Assembly (NCBI GenBank): GCA_963843575.1
Contig: CAWJKZ010000018.1
Coordinates: forward strand, 97,195-161,194
DNA length: 64,000 nt
Reading direction: 5' to 3'
DNA from: an uncultured Acidobacteriota bacterium
GTDB taxonomy: Bacteria > Acidobacteriota > UBA6911
Below the pieces are notes generated by a model that saw only the letters and a program-made list of their open reading frames with translations, was not told the origin of the DNA and searched no databases. Made by a program: the position numbers and the translations under genes. Positions 28,252 through 39,858 of the stretch are shown here, piece after piece (position 1 is the stretch's first letter; every line of letters starts with the position of its first letter).

Positions 28252-28830
28252 TCAGGTCCGTCCCCTCTTCAGCGGGGTGGTGTAGAGGAAGAGGGTGTGG
28301 CTGGCGTTGTCTTCGTTGGAGAGGAACTGGATCGACTCGTCGGGTTCGAAACCTTCCAGTCCGTAGTTGTGGAAAACGAGACGAGTGCCGCGCTTGAGCT
28401 TCGCGAACTTCGGGATCAGCTTCTGGTTGATTTCCGGCAGCAGGTACAGCGGCAGGACGTCGGCTCCTTTGAAGTCGACCGCGAAAAGGTCCGCTTCGGC
28501 GATGGTCACGAGGCGGCTGACGCCGTTGCGCGCCGCGTTGGCGCGGGCTGCGGCCACCCGTTCCGGGTCGATGTCGTACCCGAAGCCTCGGCACCCGTAT
28601 TTCTGGGCCGCGAGGATCACCATGCGGCCGTCGCCGCAGCCCAGGTCGTAAACGACGTCGCCCTTTCTTATCCGGCCCATTTTGAGCATCGCCGAAACCA
28701 CGTCGTACGGCGTGCCGACGTAGACCACGTCGGGGGTGCGTGACTGCGCGGGCGGAGGGGGTGGTGGGGCCGGGTTGTCGAGGCCAGTCAGGGAGAGCGC
28801 CATCAGGACAGCGATGGTGAGTCGTGGCAT
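28252..28830 (-). CDS. Class I SAM-dependent methyltransferase with signal-like N-terminus
   Basis: DVVYVGTP, VYDLGCGDGR, GYDIDP. Confidence 0.9.
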   Translation of the reverse strand: MPRLTIAVLMALSLTGLDNPAPPPPPPAQSRTPDVVYVGTPYDVVSAMLKMGRIRKGDVVYDLGCGDGRMVILAAQKYGCRGFGYDIDPERVAAARANAARNGVSRLVTIAEADLFAVDFKGADVLPLYLLPEINQKLIPKFAKLKRGTRLVFHNYGLEGFEPDESIQFLSNEDNASHTLFLYTTPLKRGRT

Positions 28831-28849
28831 GAGCGGTGGCCTTTTCCCT

Positions 28850-29627
28850 CTATCGGAAGATGGACAGCATGGGCAGCTGATCTTTCATGCGGTCGACGGC
28901 GGCATCGCTGATGTCGCAGCCGGCGGCGTGAACGATGCGCAAGTTGGGCATAGACGTGAAGCGTCTCAAGTCGGCGTCGGCGATGCGGCAGTTGGTCAGG
29001 TTCAGGACGTTGAGCCTCTGCGACCCCTGCAGTCTGGCCAGGCCCGCGCCGGTAACTTTCGTGTCCTGCACGGCGAGCACTTCGAGGGCCTTCATGCGCG
29101 CCACCTCAGCCAGATCGTCGTCTCCGACGCCGGTGCCGCTCAGGTTGAGGACTCTCAGGCCGGTTGCTGCGACGCGCTTCAGGGCCCGTCCAGGAATCCT
29201 GGTGCGTTGCAGTGAAAGGGCCTCCAGCCGCACCAGGCCCGACAGCCAGGTCGGGTCGTGATCGCTCAAGTCGACGTCGTGCACGTATAGCCGCTTCAAC
29301 GCCGCGCACGCCTTGAGCTGCGCCAGGCCGGCGGGAGTCACCCGGCCCCCGCCGATTTCCAGCCATTCCAGGCTGCGCAGCTTCGCGACCTGGCCGAGCG
29401 CCGTGTCGCTCAGTTCGCCCCTGGAGGCTTCGATCCAGCGGATGCGTCCCGCGGCGTCCTGTTGCAGCGGTATGCGCGCCCGCGCCATGCGCGGCGGCCG
29501 TCTGTTCGGCGCGAGCCGGGGCGGAGCCGGCGCCCGAGGAGCGTCTGCGCTGCGCTGCGGCCGTGAGCGTCAGGGCGCCGAGCAGCACGATCGTCAGACA
29601 CCAGGCCGGGCGCCAAGAACCGCTCAC
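28850..29627 (-). CDS. Exported leucine-rich-repeat protein, 1-nt frameshift (position uncertain, ~29490-29550)
   Basis: GGAGG RBS + GTG 29627 + signal peptide in one frame; LRR units (LEALSLQRT.I, LRVLNLSGT.V) in ORF 28850..29488; 778 nt = 3n+1. Confidence 0.75.
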
Positions 29628-29753
29628 ACGATCGTCCTCCCACTTTCGTATACACCGAAACCGCGCAAACCGCCAACGGAATAGTCCGGCGAACGGCCGG
29701 TGCGGAACGGATGGGGGCACGCGCGCAGGAACCGCTGGAGGTGGCCGGGCCGC

Positions 29754-31856
29754 CTAACGGGAGTCGACGGCAAAGGGGAAGACGGCGACGTTTTTCTCGA
29801 AGGCCACGGACCAGGGGAGCTGTCCCGACCGGACGAGGGACTCGGCGGCACACGCGTCGAGCGCCTTCGCAAAGTAGTATCCCTGGCCGAATTCGCAGCC
29901 GAGGCTCTGAAGCATGCGCATTTGCATCAGGTTCTCGATCCCCTCGGCGATCACCGCCATTCGCAGGCTGCGGGCGAGGCTGGCGATGGCCTGGACGATC
30001 TTCCACGTGTCGTCGCTGAGCCCCAGCTTGCCGATGAACGACCGGTCGATCTTCAGGGTGTCGACGGGGAACTTGTGCAGGTAGCTCAACGAGGAGTACC
30101 CGGTCCCGAAATCGTCCATGTGCACTTCGATGTCCATGGTGCGGATCCGAGCCAGGGTCTCCGAGATGACCCTGGTGTTCTCCATCAGGGCGGTTTCGGT
30201 GATCTCGAGATGGAGGCTGCCGGGATCGAGCCCGGATCGGCTCAGGGTCTGTTCGAGCATGCCGAGCAGGTGCGGACTCGAGTAGTGCCGGGCGCAGAGG
30301 TTGACGTTCACCGACAGAGGCTCCCGACATCCGGCTTGCCACTTCGCGACCTGGCTGCAGGCCTGCAGGAGTACCCATTCCTCCAGCGGGACGATCAGGT
30401 CCGTGGATTCGGCCATCCCGAGGAACTCCTCGGGAAGCACGAGGGTCTGTTCGCGTTGCCAGCGCACCAGTGCCTCGAATCCCTCCAGGGCGCCGGTCTT
30501 CAGGCTGACGATCGGTTGGTACTGGACTCTGAACTCGCCGCGGTCGAACGCCTTGCGGAAGTCGGATTCCAGCTGCATGTGGCTGACGGCGAGCGAACGC
30601 ATTTCCCGGTCGAAGATTTCACAGCGCGCCCGGCTGTTCCTGGCGCGGTGCATCGCGGTGGAGGCGTCGCGCAGAAGCTCGTCCGGCGTCGCATAATCGG
30701 GGGTGGCCACCGTGATGCCGGAGGTCGAGGTGACGTGGACGGTCCGCGCTTCCAGCTGGAAGGGCTTTTCCAGTTCCGTGTGCACCTGGGTGACGACGTG
30801 CATCGCTTGGCCGGCGTCGCACACCTCTTCGAGTAGCAAGACGAACTCCGCGTCGCCGCAGTGGGCGACCGTGTCCTGCGGCGAGACGCATTCCTGGATC
30901 CTGCGCGCAACCTGGAGCAGCAACTGGTCGGCACAGGCGCAGCCGAAGCTGTCGTGCACGAGCCGGATCCCGTCCACGTCCAGCGCCACGACGGCGAAGG
31001 TGTCGCCGTGCTGGCGACGCACGCGGCTCAGCGCCCGTTCGAGCCGGTCGGCCAGCAGGATTTTGTTGGGGAGGCCGGTCAGCGGGTTGTAGACCTTCCG
31101 GTCGGTGATGTCGGTCTGGGACCCGGCGATGCGGTGCGCCTCGCCGTTGCCGTTGCGCAACGCGAGGCCCCGGCACAGGACCCAGCGGTAGATGCCCGCG
31201 GCGTCCAGGATGCGGTATTCGCTCTCAAAGTGCGTGCTGCCGCCGCTGATGTGCTGTGCCAGCAGCTTCTGGACGTGGTCCTTGTCGGCGGGGTGCAGGC
31301 GGCCGAACCACTCGTCCGGGGAGCGTCCCACCTCCGTGTCCACGTAGCCGAGCATCGATTTCCAGCGCGGCGAGAAATAGATCTCCCCGCTCTTCAGATT
31401 CCAGTCCCAGAGGCCGTCGTTGGCCCCCTGGGTGGCCAGGGAGTAGCGCTCCTCGCTCTCGCGCAGTTTCCGTTCCATCTGGTGCCGGTAGAGGGCGACG
31501 TCGATGTGGCCGTGCAGTTCCCACTCATCGAAGGGCTTGAGCAGGTAACCCAGCGGTTCGGTGACCTTCGCCCGCTGCAGCGTGCTGTCGTCGGCGCAGG
31601 CGGTGAGGAAGATGATCGGGATGTCGTGCCTCGACCGGATGGCTTCCGAGGCCTGCACCCCGTCCATGTCACCCTTCAGCATGATATCCATCAGGACAAG
31701 GTCCGGCCGGGTCTCGTTCGCCCTGGCGATAGCCTCCTCGCCGGTCGCGGCGGTGCCGACGACCTCATAGCCGAGGATCTTCAGGCTGTTCTTCAGGTCC
31801 ATCGCGACGATCGACTCGTCCTCGACGATCAGTACTCTTGCCCTGCTGGCCGTCAT
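29754..31856 (-). CDS. REC-PAS-degenerate GGDEF-EAL c-di-GMP phosphodiesterase
   Basis: GGDEF replaced by GDAEF; intact EAL and DDFGTGYSS. Confidence 0.93.
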   Translation of the reverse strand: MTASRARVLIVEDESIVAMDLKNSLKILGYEVVGTAATGEEAIARANETRPDLVLMDIMLKGDMDGVQASEAIRSRHDIPIIFLTACADDSTLQRAKVTEPLGYLLKPFDEWELHGHIDVALYRHQMERKLRESEERYSLATQGANDGLWDWNLKSGEIYFSPRWKSMLGYVDTEVGRSPDEWFGRLHPADKDHVQKLLAQHISGGSTHFESEYRILDAAGIYRWVLCRGLALRNGNGEAHRIAGSQTDITDRKVYNPLTGLPNKILLADRLERALSRVRRQHGDTFAVVALDVDGIRLVHDSFGCACADQLLLQVARRIQECVSPQDTVAHCGDAEFVLLLEEVCDAGQAMHVVTQVHTELEKPFQLEARTVHVTSTSGITVATPDYATPDELLRDASTAMHRARNSRARCEIFDREMRSLAVSHMQLESDFRKAFDRGEFRVQYQPIVSLKTGALEGFEALVRWQREQTLVLPEEFLGMAESTDLIVPLEEWVLLQACSQVAKWQAGCREPLSVNVNLCARHYSSPHLLGMLEQTLSRSGLDPGSLHLEITETALMENTRVISETLARIRTMDIEVHMDDFGTGYSSLSYLHKFPVDTLKIDRSFIGKLGLSDDTWKIVQAIASLARSLRMAVIAEGIENLMQMRMLQSLGCEFGQGYYFAKALDACAAESLVRSGQLPWSVAFEKNVAVFPFAVDSR

Positions 31857-31874
31857 TTTTCCCCTCTTCTCAGG

Positions 31875-34737
31875 CTACCCCTTGTTGCGCGGGATATTGA
31901 TCTCGCACTGGAACCCGTCCTGGTTGCCGTACCTGATCGCCCCCCCCAACTGCTCCGTGAGGCTCCGGACCAGCTTCAGGCCGAGAGACTCGTTGGCTTC
32001 CACGTCCGCGATTTTCGGAAAACCGACCCCGTTGTCGGTGACCAGCAGCTTGAGCGCCTGCTGGTTTTCGTCGGCGAAGCGCACCCGGATCTCGCCGCCG
32101 CCGCCGTTGGGGAATGCATATTTGAGCGCGTTGGACACGAGCTCGTTGATGATCAGGCCGCACGGGATGGCGACGTCGAGGTTCATGGGAATCGATTCGA
32201 CCTCGAGATTGAGCCGGATAACGTTGGAGTTGACCCTGTAGGAGCGGAGCAGGTGCCCGGTCAGGTTGCGGACGTAGCCGGCAAAATCGATTTTGGCCAG
32301 GTCCCTCGACTGGTAGAGCCGCTCGTGGATCAGGGCCATCGCCTTGACCCGGTCCTGACTCTCCTTGAACCGCTGGTTGGCTTTCGGGTCTTCGATTTCG
32401 CTCCCCTGCAGGCTCAGCAGGCTGCTGATGATCTGCAGGTTGTTCTTCACCCGGTGATGGATCTCCTTGAGCAGAACCTCCTTCTCCTTCAGGGACGCCT
32501 TGATCTGCTCCTCGGCGTGCCTGCTGGCCGTCACGTCGTGGTACTGCCAGAGGTGGTAGCTGTAATCTTCGCCGATCGACAGGGGGACGTAGTTGCGTAT
32601 GAAGATGTGCTCTTGCCAGAGCAGTTCCTCTCCCAGGACGGGCGTGCCGGCCTTGATGATCTCCTCGATCCGCGCCGAGAAGTGAGCGGGCTGGAGAAAC
32701 AGCAGCCTGGAATCGACGCCAAACAGCGACTGGGGCGGCACCGGTACGCTGAACATGCTGATGAACGCCTGGTTGACGTGCGTGATCCGGCGCGCGACGT
32801 CCTCGACGACCACGCCGGATTGCAGGTGGTCGATAAGGCTGGAGAGCATCACGGTCGCCGCGCGCAGCTGTTCCTCCGTCTTCTTGTGTTTGGTGATGTC
32901 CTCGGCGAGGCCGACGATCCGGTACACCTGCCCGGACTGGTCGCGGACCGGGAACGCGCGGTCCCGCACCCAGCGCAGCGAACGGTCAGGGCGCACGACC
33001 CGGTACTCTTCGTCGTATTCGCCCCACGCCTGCTTGACCAGAGCCTCGCAGACCCGGGTGTGGTCCTCCTCGTGAATGGCTTCCAGCCAGGCCAGCGGCT
33101 GGCGCTGCAGCGCCGAAGCGCTCCGGCCCCAGATCTCCTCGTAGCCCGGGCTGACGTACTGTTTCGAGCGGCCGTCCGAGGTCGAAATCCAGAAGACCGC
33201 CTGGATGTTGCCCGTCAGCTGGCGGAACTGCTGTTCCACCCGGACATTGGCCAACAGCGTTCCCAGGATGTGCCCGGCCATCTTGAGGCCGTCGACCTCC
33301 GCCTCGGGCCAGTCCCTGTCCATGAAGCACTGCTCGAGTCCGAGGCAGCCCCACCACTGCTGGTCGACGAACATCGGGACCAGGACCACCGACCGGATGC
33401 CCACCGCCTCGAGCAGGTCCTTCTGCTTGCTGCGGATGTCCCTGGTGACCAGTACCTGTGCGCGACCCACCGAGAGACGGTTCGAATAATCCTCGACGAG
33501 CTGGCGCCGCAGGAGGTTGAAGACGCTCCGGTCCTTCTCGTCGGTGGCGAGACCCGGGGTGGTCCAATCGTAGAGCCACGTCTCGCCCTGGCCGCTCCGC
33601 TCCGGGAGACGCTCCGTGATGAACACCCGGGTCACCGAGGTCGCCTCGCCGAGCCTGCGCATGACTTCCTGGAGGCCGCTCTCCCAGCCGGCCTTGCCCA
33701 GGAACTGCTGAGCCGCGTAGCTGACCGCGTCCAGAATCGCGTCCCGCCGCTGCATCTGCCTGTCGGTCACCCTGAGCTGGGTCACGCCGCTCCCGATCAT
33801 GTAGGCGTTGACCGATGCGGCCAGCAGGATCAACTGGTGCTGCGCCGCATCGGCGCGTCCGCCGGAATACACGGACGCCAGGACGAGCAGCATCATCTGG
33901 GCCGGGACCGCCACCGACAGGCCTTCGAGCCCGCGCCACACGGCCACACAGGCCAGCGGCACCGACAGCAGCAGGAAATCGGGGAGCGCCAGGGGCGCAC
34001 TGTGCTTGACGGTGAGCCAGACGGCCGCCGCCGACATGCCCAGAACCGCCACGGCGAAGAGGGTTGCTGGCCTGCTCATCCGGAGGCTTTGCAGATAATG
34101 GGTCGGGGCGGCCTTCCCTCCGTTGACCCCGTCGAGCATCGTCTCCAGCCATGGCCTGCCGTGCAGCAGGAGGAGGGGCGTCACGGCCAGGATCGCGCCG
34201 GCGAACCCGAGTAGGTTGCTGCCAAACTCGGCCACCAGGGACTCGCCCGAGGTGGTGAGCCCGAGCGCGCGCATCGTGACGGGGACCGTGGCGAGCGCAA
34301 TCGAGGCCGCGCTGCCCGCAAGCATGAAGTACGCGACATCGCGGCCGCGCTGCAGCGTGACGACGCATCCGGAGATCAGTCGTCGCAGCACGGCGGCCGC
34401 TGCCGCGTAGACCAGTGTCAGCGCCAGGCACTGTAAGGTGCAGACCGACAGGGGTCCGGGGCCGGGGAAGATCACGAGGTTGTCGGTCAGCCCGGCCGCG
34501 AGGATTACCGGAGCGTAGCGAACGCCCGTACATGAGGAGCAGACCGAAGCTCAGGCCCGCCGAAGCGTGCCACTGGTCGAGAACCGGCAGGCCGGCCGTG
34601 CGCGCCCCGAACCCGAGCGCGAAATAGAGGGCGAGATAAAACGTGACGATGATGAGCGCCCGCGGATTGTAGGCAGGCCTGCGCGCCAGCCCCAGTTCTC
34701 CCGGCAGCCGTTCCGTCCTTGTCGCCGATGCCTGCAT
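31875..34737 (-). CDS. MASE1-GAF-PAS-PAS-HisKA_2 sensor kinase, 1-nt frameshift at ~34526
   Basis: EIHHRVKNNLQ H-box; N-terminal TM region from ATG 34737 joins if one G of TACGGGC is removed (LLMYGVRYAP). Confidence 0.88.
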
Positions 34738-34764
34738 CAAACGGGTCCTCGCTTGACCAATAAC

Positions 34765-34849
34765 GAAGCCGGAAGCCGGAAGCCGGCGGTCGACCGGCAT
34801 CCTTACTTTGATGTTTTGGGGCAAATCGTGGCTTCCGGATCCCGGCTTC
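34765..34849. repeat. Inverted heptamer arrays (GAAGCCG x3 ... CGGCTTC-like x3)
   Basis: Direct reading of 34765-34785 and 34829-34849. Confidence 0.6.
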
Positions 34850-34905
34850 GAACTTCTTTCCTCTTGGCCGCGCGCCACGGACAACCCACAAAGGGTGTCG
34901 TCGCC

Positions 34906-35035
34906 GACTCTGCCTTCATATCGGCAGGCGATCCGGCAACTGCGTTACTAATTCGGCGACGATTTGCGGCCGGCCGGGGACCGGCAAATTAGTAATGTCG
35001 TGGGGTTGCTGCTGCCGAAGAGAGTATGAGGAGTC
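34906..35035. repeat. Long imperfect nested inverted repeat in divergent promoter region
   Basis: CTTCATA/TATGAGG, TCGGCAG/CTGCCGA, GCAAC/GTTGC, CGTTACTAATT/AATTAGTAATG. Confidence 0.6.
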
Positions 35036-35065
35036 TGCAGTCCAGAACGTTTTTGGGGGCACAAA

Positions 35066-36247
35066 ATGACAGCTCAGAAGGTCCGGTTCGCGATACTGGC
35101 ACCATCTCCGGAAATGCGCGAATTGCTGGGCAGGCACGTCGAGGCGTCGGAGCTTGCCGTCGTCAGCGCTTCGGTCGAGGAATACTGCGCGGCAGAGGAC
35201 GACGGTCCCATGGTGCAGCTCATCGACGCGCAGCCTGAGATCGTCCTCGTCGACATGGAAGACCAGAGGGACGCCGTCAAGGCGCTTCAGCTCCTCCATG
35301 GCGTGATGCCGGACTCCTTGCTTTTCGCGTGCGGCCCGACCCAGGACCCGCGTCTCATCATCGAAACGATGCAGGCCGGAGCGCGGGAGTTCCTGCCGAA
35401 ACCCGTTTCGGCCGGCAGCCTCGGGCTGGCCCTCGGGCGTTACCTCGAAATGAAGGAGCGGGTCCGCTCTGGCCCGAAGGCGCGCGGGAGGATCTACAGC
35501 GTCACTTCGGGAAAGGGAGGCTCCGGGACGACCTCCGTCGCGATCAACCTTGCCGCGACCCTCGCAAACCTGCCCGACACCCGGGTGGCCGTCGTGGACC
35601 TGAACGGCTCGGTCGGAGACGCCGCCGCGTATCTGAACGCGAAGCCCGAATTCGGCGTGGCCGACGCCCTTGCGGCCTCTTCGAAACTGGACCAGGTGAT
35701 TTTGAACAGTTTCATGTGCAAGGTCGGCAACCTGTCCTTGCTCGCCGGGGCGACGGATTACACGCCACCCTCGAGCCCCACGCCGAGCGCGCTGAGCCGC
35801 CTCCTCAAGGTCGTCGTCGGGGGCTACACCCATACCTTCATCGACATGCCTTCGTCCCTGGACCAGGAACTCGTCAGGGTCACGCTCGAGGCGAGCGAGG
35901 CGGTCCTGGTGGTGATCACGCCCGAGTTACCCGCCATCTGGCGCACCCACCGGCTGATGACGTTTCTGTCCGACACCGGCTGCGCCGACCGGATCCGCCT
36001 GATCCTCAACCGCGACGACAGCCGCGACGAGATCAACGCCAAGGAGATATCGAGGGCCCTGAGTCAGCCCGTCTACTGGCGCCTGCCCAACAGCTATCTC
36101 ACCGCAATTCAGGCCATCAACCAGGGGAAGCCCCTGGTTGAGGTCAATCACTCCGGTTTGGCCGCGAGCTACCGCGGGCTGGCATCCGACCTGACTGGCC
36201 TCGTCTTTGAAAAGCCGCGCCGCGCCTTCGCCGGCCTCTTCTCCTGA
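35066..36247 (+). CDS. cpaE: CpaE/TadZ-like pilus assembly protein (atypical receiver + MinD-like ATPase)
   Basis: MQAGAREFLPKP, SGKGGSGTTSVAINLA, LILNR, AINQGKPL. Confidence 0.85.
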   Translation: MTAQKVRFAILAPSPEMRELLGRHVEASELAVVSASVEEYCAAEDDGPMVQLIDAQPEIVLVDMEDQRDAVKALQLLHGVMPDSLLFACGPTQDPRLIIETMQAGAREFLPKPVSAGSLGLALGRYLEMKERVRSGPKARGRIYSVTSGKGGSGTTSVAINLAATLANLPDTRVAVVDLNGSVGDAAAYLNAKPEFGVADALAASSKLDQVILNSFMCKVGNLSLLAGATDYTPPSSPTPSALSRLLKVVVGGYTHTFIDMPSSLDQELVRVTLEASEAVLVVITPELPAIWRTHRLMTFLSDTGCADRIRLILNRDDSRDEINAKEISRALSQPVYWRLPNSYLTAIQAINQGKPLVEVNHSGLAASYRGLASDLTGLVFEKPRRAFAGLFS

Positions 36248-36364
36248 AGCCGGCGTCAGGTCTTGATGGTTGATTTTTTCCGCTTTCGGGAGAGAATTGT
36301 CCTCACCCGGGGCGGGTCAAGAACTCAACGGCCGGGACCTGACCCCGATTCTATTGGGGGGCGT

Positions 36365-37728
36365 ATGGAGAGAAGGGCTTTTCTCGCACTGGCAGTCTCG
36401 GGAACCGCGGCGGCGACCAACTCCGCCCTGCTCGGCACGAGCCGTGCCGGCTGGCGTGGCGCCAACGACCGCGTCCGGGTGGGGATCGTGGGGATCCGGG
36501 GCATGGGTCAGTCGCACATCGCGGAGTTCTCGCGCCTCCCGAACGTCGAGGTGGCCGCGCTGTGCGACGTCGACGAGAGCTTGTTTGCCGGGATCATCAA
36601 GCAGCGGCTCACCGACCAGGGAAAACGCGCGCCCAGGACCTTCACCGACATGCGCGCGCTGTTTGACGACAAAGAGATCGACGCCGTGAGCGTCGTCACG
36701 CCGAACCACTGGCACGCTCTGGCCGGGATCTGGGCAATGCAGGCCGGCAAGCACGTGACCATCGAAAAGCCGGTGTGCCACAACTTCTTCGAGGGCCAGA
36801 AGCTCGTCGAGGCCGCCCGCAAGTACAAGGTGATCGTCCAGCACGGCATGGAGCAGCGGAGCAACCCCTGTGGCAAGAGCGCGGCCGAATTCATCCGCAG
36901 CGGCGGCCTGGGCGACGTCTACCTGGCCAAGGGGTTGTGCTACAAGTGGCGCGACACCATCGGACACTTCGAGGACGAGCCCGTGCCGTCCGGCGTGCAC
37001 TACGACCTCTGGCTCGGCCCGGCTCCCCAGCGCCCTTCAACCGAAACCGCTTCCACTACAACTGGCACTGGAACTGGGACTACGGCAACGGAGATATCGG
37101 CAACCAGGGTGTCCACGAAATGGACGTGGCGCGTTGGGGCCTGGGCGTGACGCTGCCAACGAAGGTCAGCGCGACCGGCGCCCACGTCATGTTCTCCGAC
37201 GACCAGCAGACACCGAACGTGCTGATGGCTCTTTTCGAGTTCGATCCGCCCGGGGGCGGCGACCGGAAGAAGGTGCTGCAGTTCGAGGTGCGCCACTGGA
37301 TGACGCCGCGGGAGGGGGGCATCGGCGAGGGGAAGGGCCCCGGCGCCCAGGACACCTACATGGTGAGCGACGAGAACACGGTCGGAAACATCTTCCTGGG
37401 CTCGAAAGGCTACATGGTCAAAGACGTCGCGGGCTGGAAGACCTTCCTGGGTCGGAAGCAGGAGCCCGGCCCCTCCGGCGGCGGCGAGGCCAACCACTAC
37501 GAAGATTTCATCAACGCCATACGCGCCGGCGATCCGAAGCTGGCCAACGGGGACATCGCCGAAGGGCACTACTCGGCGGCCCTCGTGCACCTGGCCAACA
37601 TCTCCTACCGGCTCGGCCGTTCCCTAAAGTTCGACCCTGCCGGAGAGTGCATCGTCGGGGACGAGGAAGCCTCGAAAATGCTGCGCCGCGAGTACCGCAA
37701 GCCTTTTGTGGTTCCGGACAGGGTGTGA
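36365..37728 (+). CDS. Tat-exported Gfo/Idh/MocA oxidoreductase, 1-nt frameshift at ~37034
   Basis: RRAFL Tat motif, TPNHWH, GKHVTIEKP, LWLGPAP then FHYNWHWNWDYGNGDIGNQGVHEMD in the next frame. Confidence 0.9.
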
Positions 37729-37901
37729 AGTCCCACGTGGCTCGAATCCTGCTCACCCGGCGGATTTCAACTCGCTTCTCCCTCTTCGTCGTCCGGAAGG
37801 GCGGGACCGTGCCGCCTCCGTCCCGGCTGTGCCCGTTGCCGCCCTTGTGCGAACCGCAATAGGACGGGGGGCGGCCGATCGCAAATCATGTGGAGGAAGC
37901 C

Positions 37902-39812
37902 GTGCGCAGAGTTTTGCTGCTGACCGTGCTGGTCACGGGGCTGTGGAGCACCCGTTCGGTGTCGCAGGCGCAACTGGAAGGCTACGTCCGCGAGCACTAC
38001 ACGAAGTACGAGTACCTGGTGCCGGTGCGGGACGGCGTGAAGCTGTTCACTTCGGTGTATGCACCGAAGGACGACTCGCAGAAGCACCCCATCATGATGA
38101 CGCGGACGCCCTACAGCGTGGCGCCTTACGGGGTGGACAACTACCGGACCTCCCTCGGACCGTCCGAACACTTCATGCGCGACGGATTCATCTTCGTGTA
38201 CCAGGACGTGCGCGGCCGCTACATGTCGGAAGGGGAATGGGTCGAGGTCCGGCCCCACATCCCGAACAAGACTAGGCAGTCGGACATCGACGAGAGCACC
38301 GATACCTATGATTCCATCGATTGGCTCGTCCGGAACCTGCCGGGCAACAACGGGCGGGTCGGCCTCTGGGGTGTCTCCTACGGCGGGTTCTATACCTGTG
38401 CCGGAATCATCGACGCGCACGCGGCCCTGAAGGCGTCGTCGCCGCAGGCGCCCATCGGCGACTATTTCATGGGCGACGATTCGTTCCACAACGGCGCGTT
38501 CATGCTCGCGGCGAATTTCGGGTTTTACACCTTCTTTTCGGAGCGCAAGGGCGGACCCGCACCGCCGGGCGGCGCTCCCCCGTTCGCGCTGAACAACCCG
38601 GACGGCTACGACTTCTTCCTGCGACTCGGCCCGCTGGCGAACTCGAACCGAGACTACTTCAAAGGCCAGAATCCTTACTGGACCCTGAATCTCGACCACA
38701 CCACATACGATGATTTCTGGAAGGAGCGGGCGATCGTGCGCAACCTGAAAGCGATCCGGCCCGCCGTTTTGACCGTGGGCGGCTGGTTTGACGCCGAGGA
38801 CCTCGCGGGTCCGCTGGGCGTCTACCGGGCGATCGAGACGACTAGCCCCGGCATCTCCAATAGTTTGGTCATGGGCCCCTGGACCCATGGCAGCTGGTCG
38901 CGAGGGGAAGGCGACCGTGTGGGCAACCTCGACTTCGGCTCAAAGACAGCCGCCTTCTACCGCGAGAAGATCGAGTTCCCGTTTTTCACGCACTTCCTGA
39001 AGGACCGGCCGGCAGAGGCGCAGCCGGAGGCGCGCGTTTTTCTCACCGGCCTGAACGAATGGCGCACCTTCGCCAACTGGCCCCCCGCAGACGCGACCCG
39101 TCGGAAACTCTACTTCCAGGACCACTCCGGCCTCGGCTTCGACGCTCCGTCATCCAGGGAGACGACCTTCGACGAGTACCTCAGCGATCCCGCCCGGCCG
39201 GTGCCCTACCTGGGGTACGTGGCGATGGGAATGACCCGGGACTATATGACCGAGGACCAGCGCTTCGCGGCAACCCGTCCGGATGTCCTTGTCTACCAGA
39301 CCGGCGCGCTGCAGGAAGACCTCACGGTGGTGGGGCCTGTGGGGGTGGAGCTGCACGTGTCGACGACCGGCACGGATGCGGACTGGGTCGTCAAGCTCAT
39401 CGACGTCTATCCCACGGGTTACCCCACTCCGAAACCGGCGGGAAACGAACCCCCGCTGCCCAACTCAACCAAGATGGGTGGATATCAGCAGCTGGTGCGC
39501 GGCGAGCCGTTTCGGGGCAAGTTCCGGCTCGGCTTCGAAAAGCCGGTGCCCTTCGTCCCCGGCAAGCTGGAGCGCATCGAATTCACCATGCCGGATGTCG
39601 GCCACTGCTTTCGCCAGGGGCACCGGATCATGGTGCAGGTCCAGAGTTCCTGGTTTCCTCTCCTGGACCGGAATCCGCAGACGTTCTGCGACATACCCAA
39701 CGCAAAGGAATCCGACTTCCGGAGGGCGACCCAGCGGGTGTACCGCTCGGGCGGCCAACCGTCGGGCATTTCCCTACCGGTGCTCGGGCGGGCGGCATCG
39801 CGTCCACGATAG
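37902..39812 (+). CDS. CocE/NonD family hydrolase (alpha-amino acid ester hydrolase-like)
   Basis: RTPY, YQDVRGRYMSEG, GVSYGG nucleophile, GPWTHG, PepX_C-type C-terminus. Confidence 0.93.
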   Translation: MRRVLLLTVLVTGLWSTRSVSQAQLEGYVREHYTKYEYLVPVRDGVKLFTSVYAPKDDSQKHPIMMTRTPYSVAPYGVDNYRTSLGPSEHFMRDGFIFVYQDVRGRYMSEGEWVEVRPHIPNKTRQSDIDESTDTYDSIDWLVRNLPGNNGRVGLWGVSYGGFYTCAGIIDAHAALKASSPQAPIGDYFMGDDSFHNGAFMLAANFGFYTFFSERKGGPAPPGGAPPFALNNPDGYDFFLRLGPLANSNRDYFKGQNPYWTLNLDHTTYDDFWKERAIVRNLKAIRPAVLTVGGWFDAEDLAGPLGVYRAIETTSPGISNSLVMGPWTHGSWSRGEGDRVGNLDFGSKTAAFYREKIEFPFFTHFLKDRPAEAQPEARVFLTGLNEWRTFANWPPADATRRKLYFQDHSGLGFDAPSSRETTFDEYLSDPARPVPYLGYVAMGMTRDYMTEDQRFAATRPDVLVYQTGALQEDLTVVGPVGVELHVSTTGTDADWVVKLIDVYPTGYPTPKPAGNEPPLPNSTKMGGYQQLVRGEPFRGKFRLGFEKPVPFVPGKLERIEFTMPDVGHCFRQGHRIMVQVQSSWFPLLDRNPQTFCDIPNAKESDFRRATQRVYRSGGQPSGISLPVLGRAASRPR

Positions 39813-39858
39813 CTACACCGGCGCTCGGGGCCGCGTCGGGCCGACGCGGCCCACTGCG

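Noticed and set aside
30861-34214. 1117-aa plus-strand ORF and similar long antisense ORFs (136..939, 1345..3609, 3989..6700, 51363..53372, 14024..15958)
   Set aside because: Shadow frames of well-supported opposite-strand genes in GC-rich DNA; no recognisable motifs
37025-37045. Programmed ribosomal frameshifting in the split genes
   Set aside because: No slippery heptamer or stimulatory structure; the families are not known for recoding; single homopolymer indels explain them
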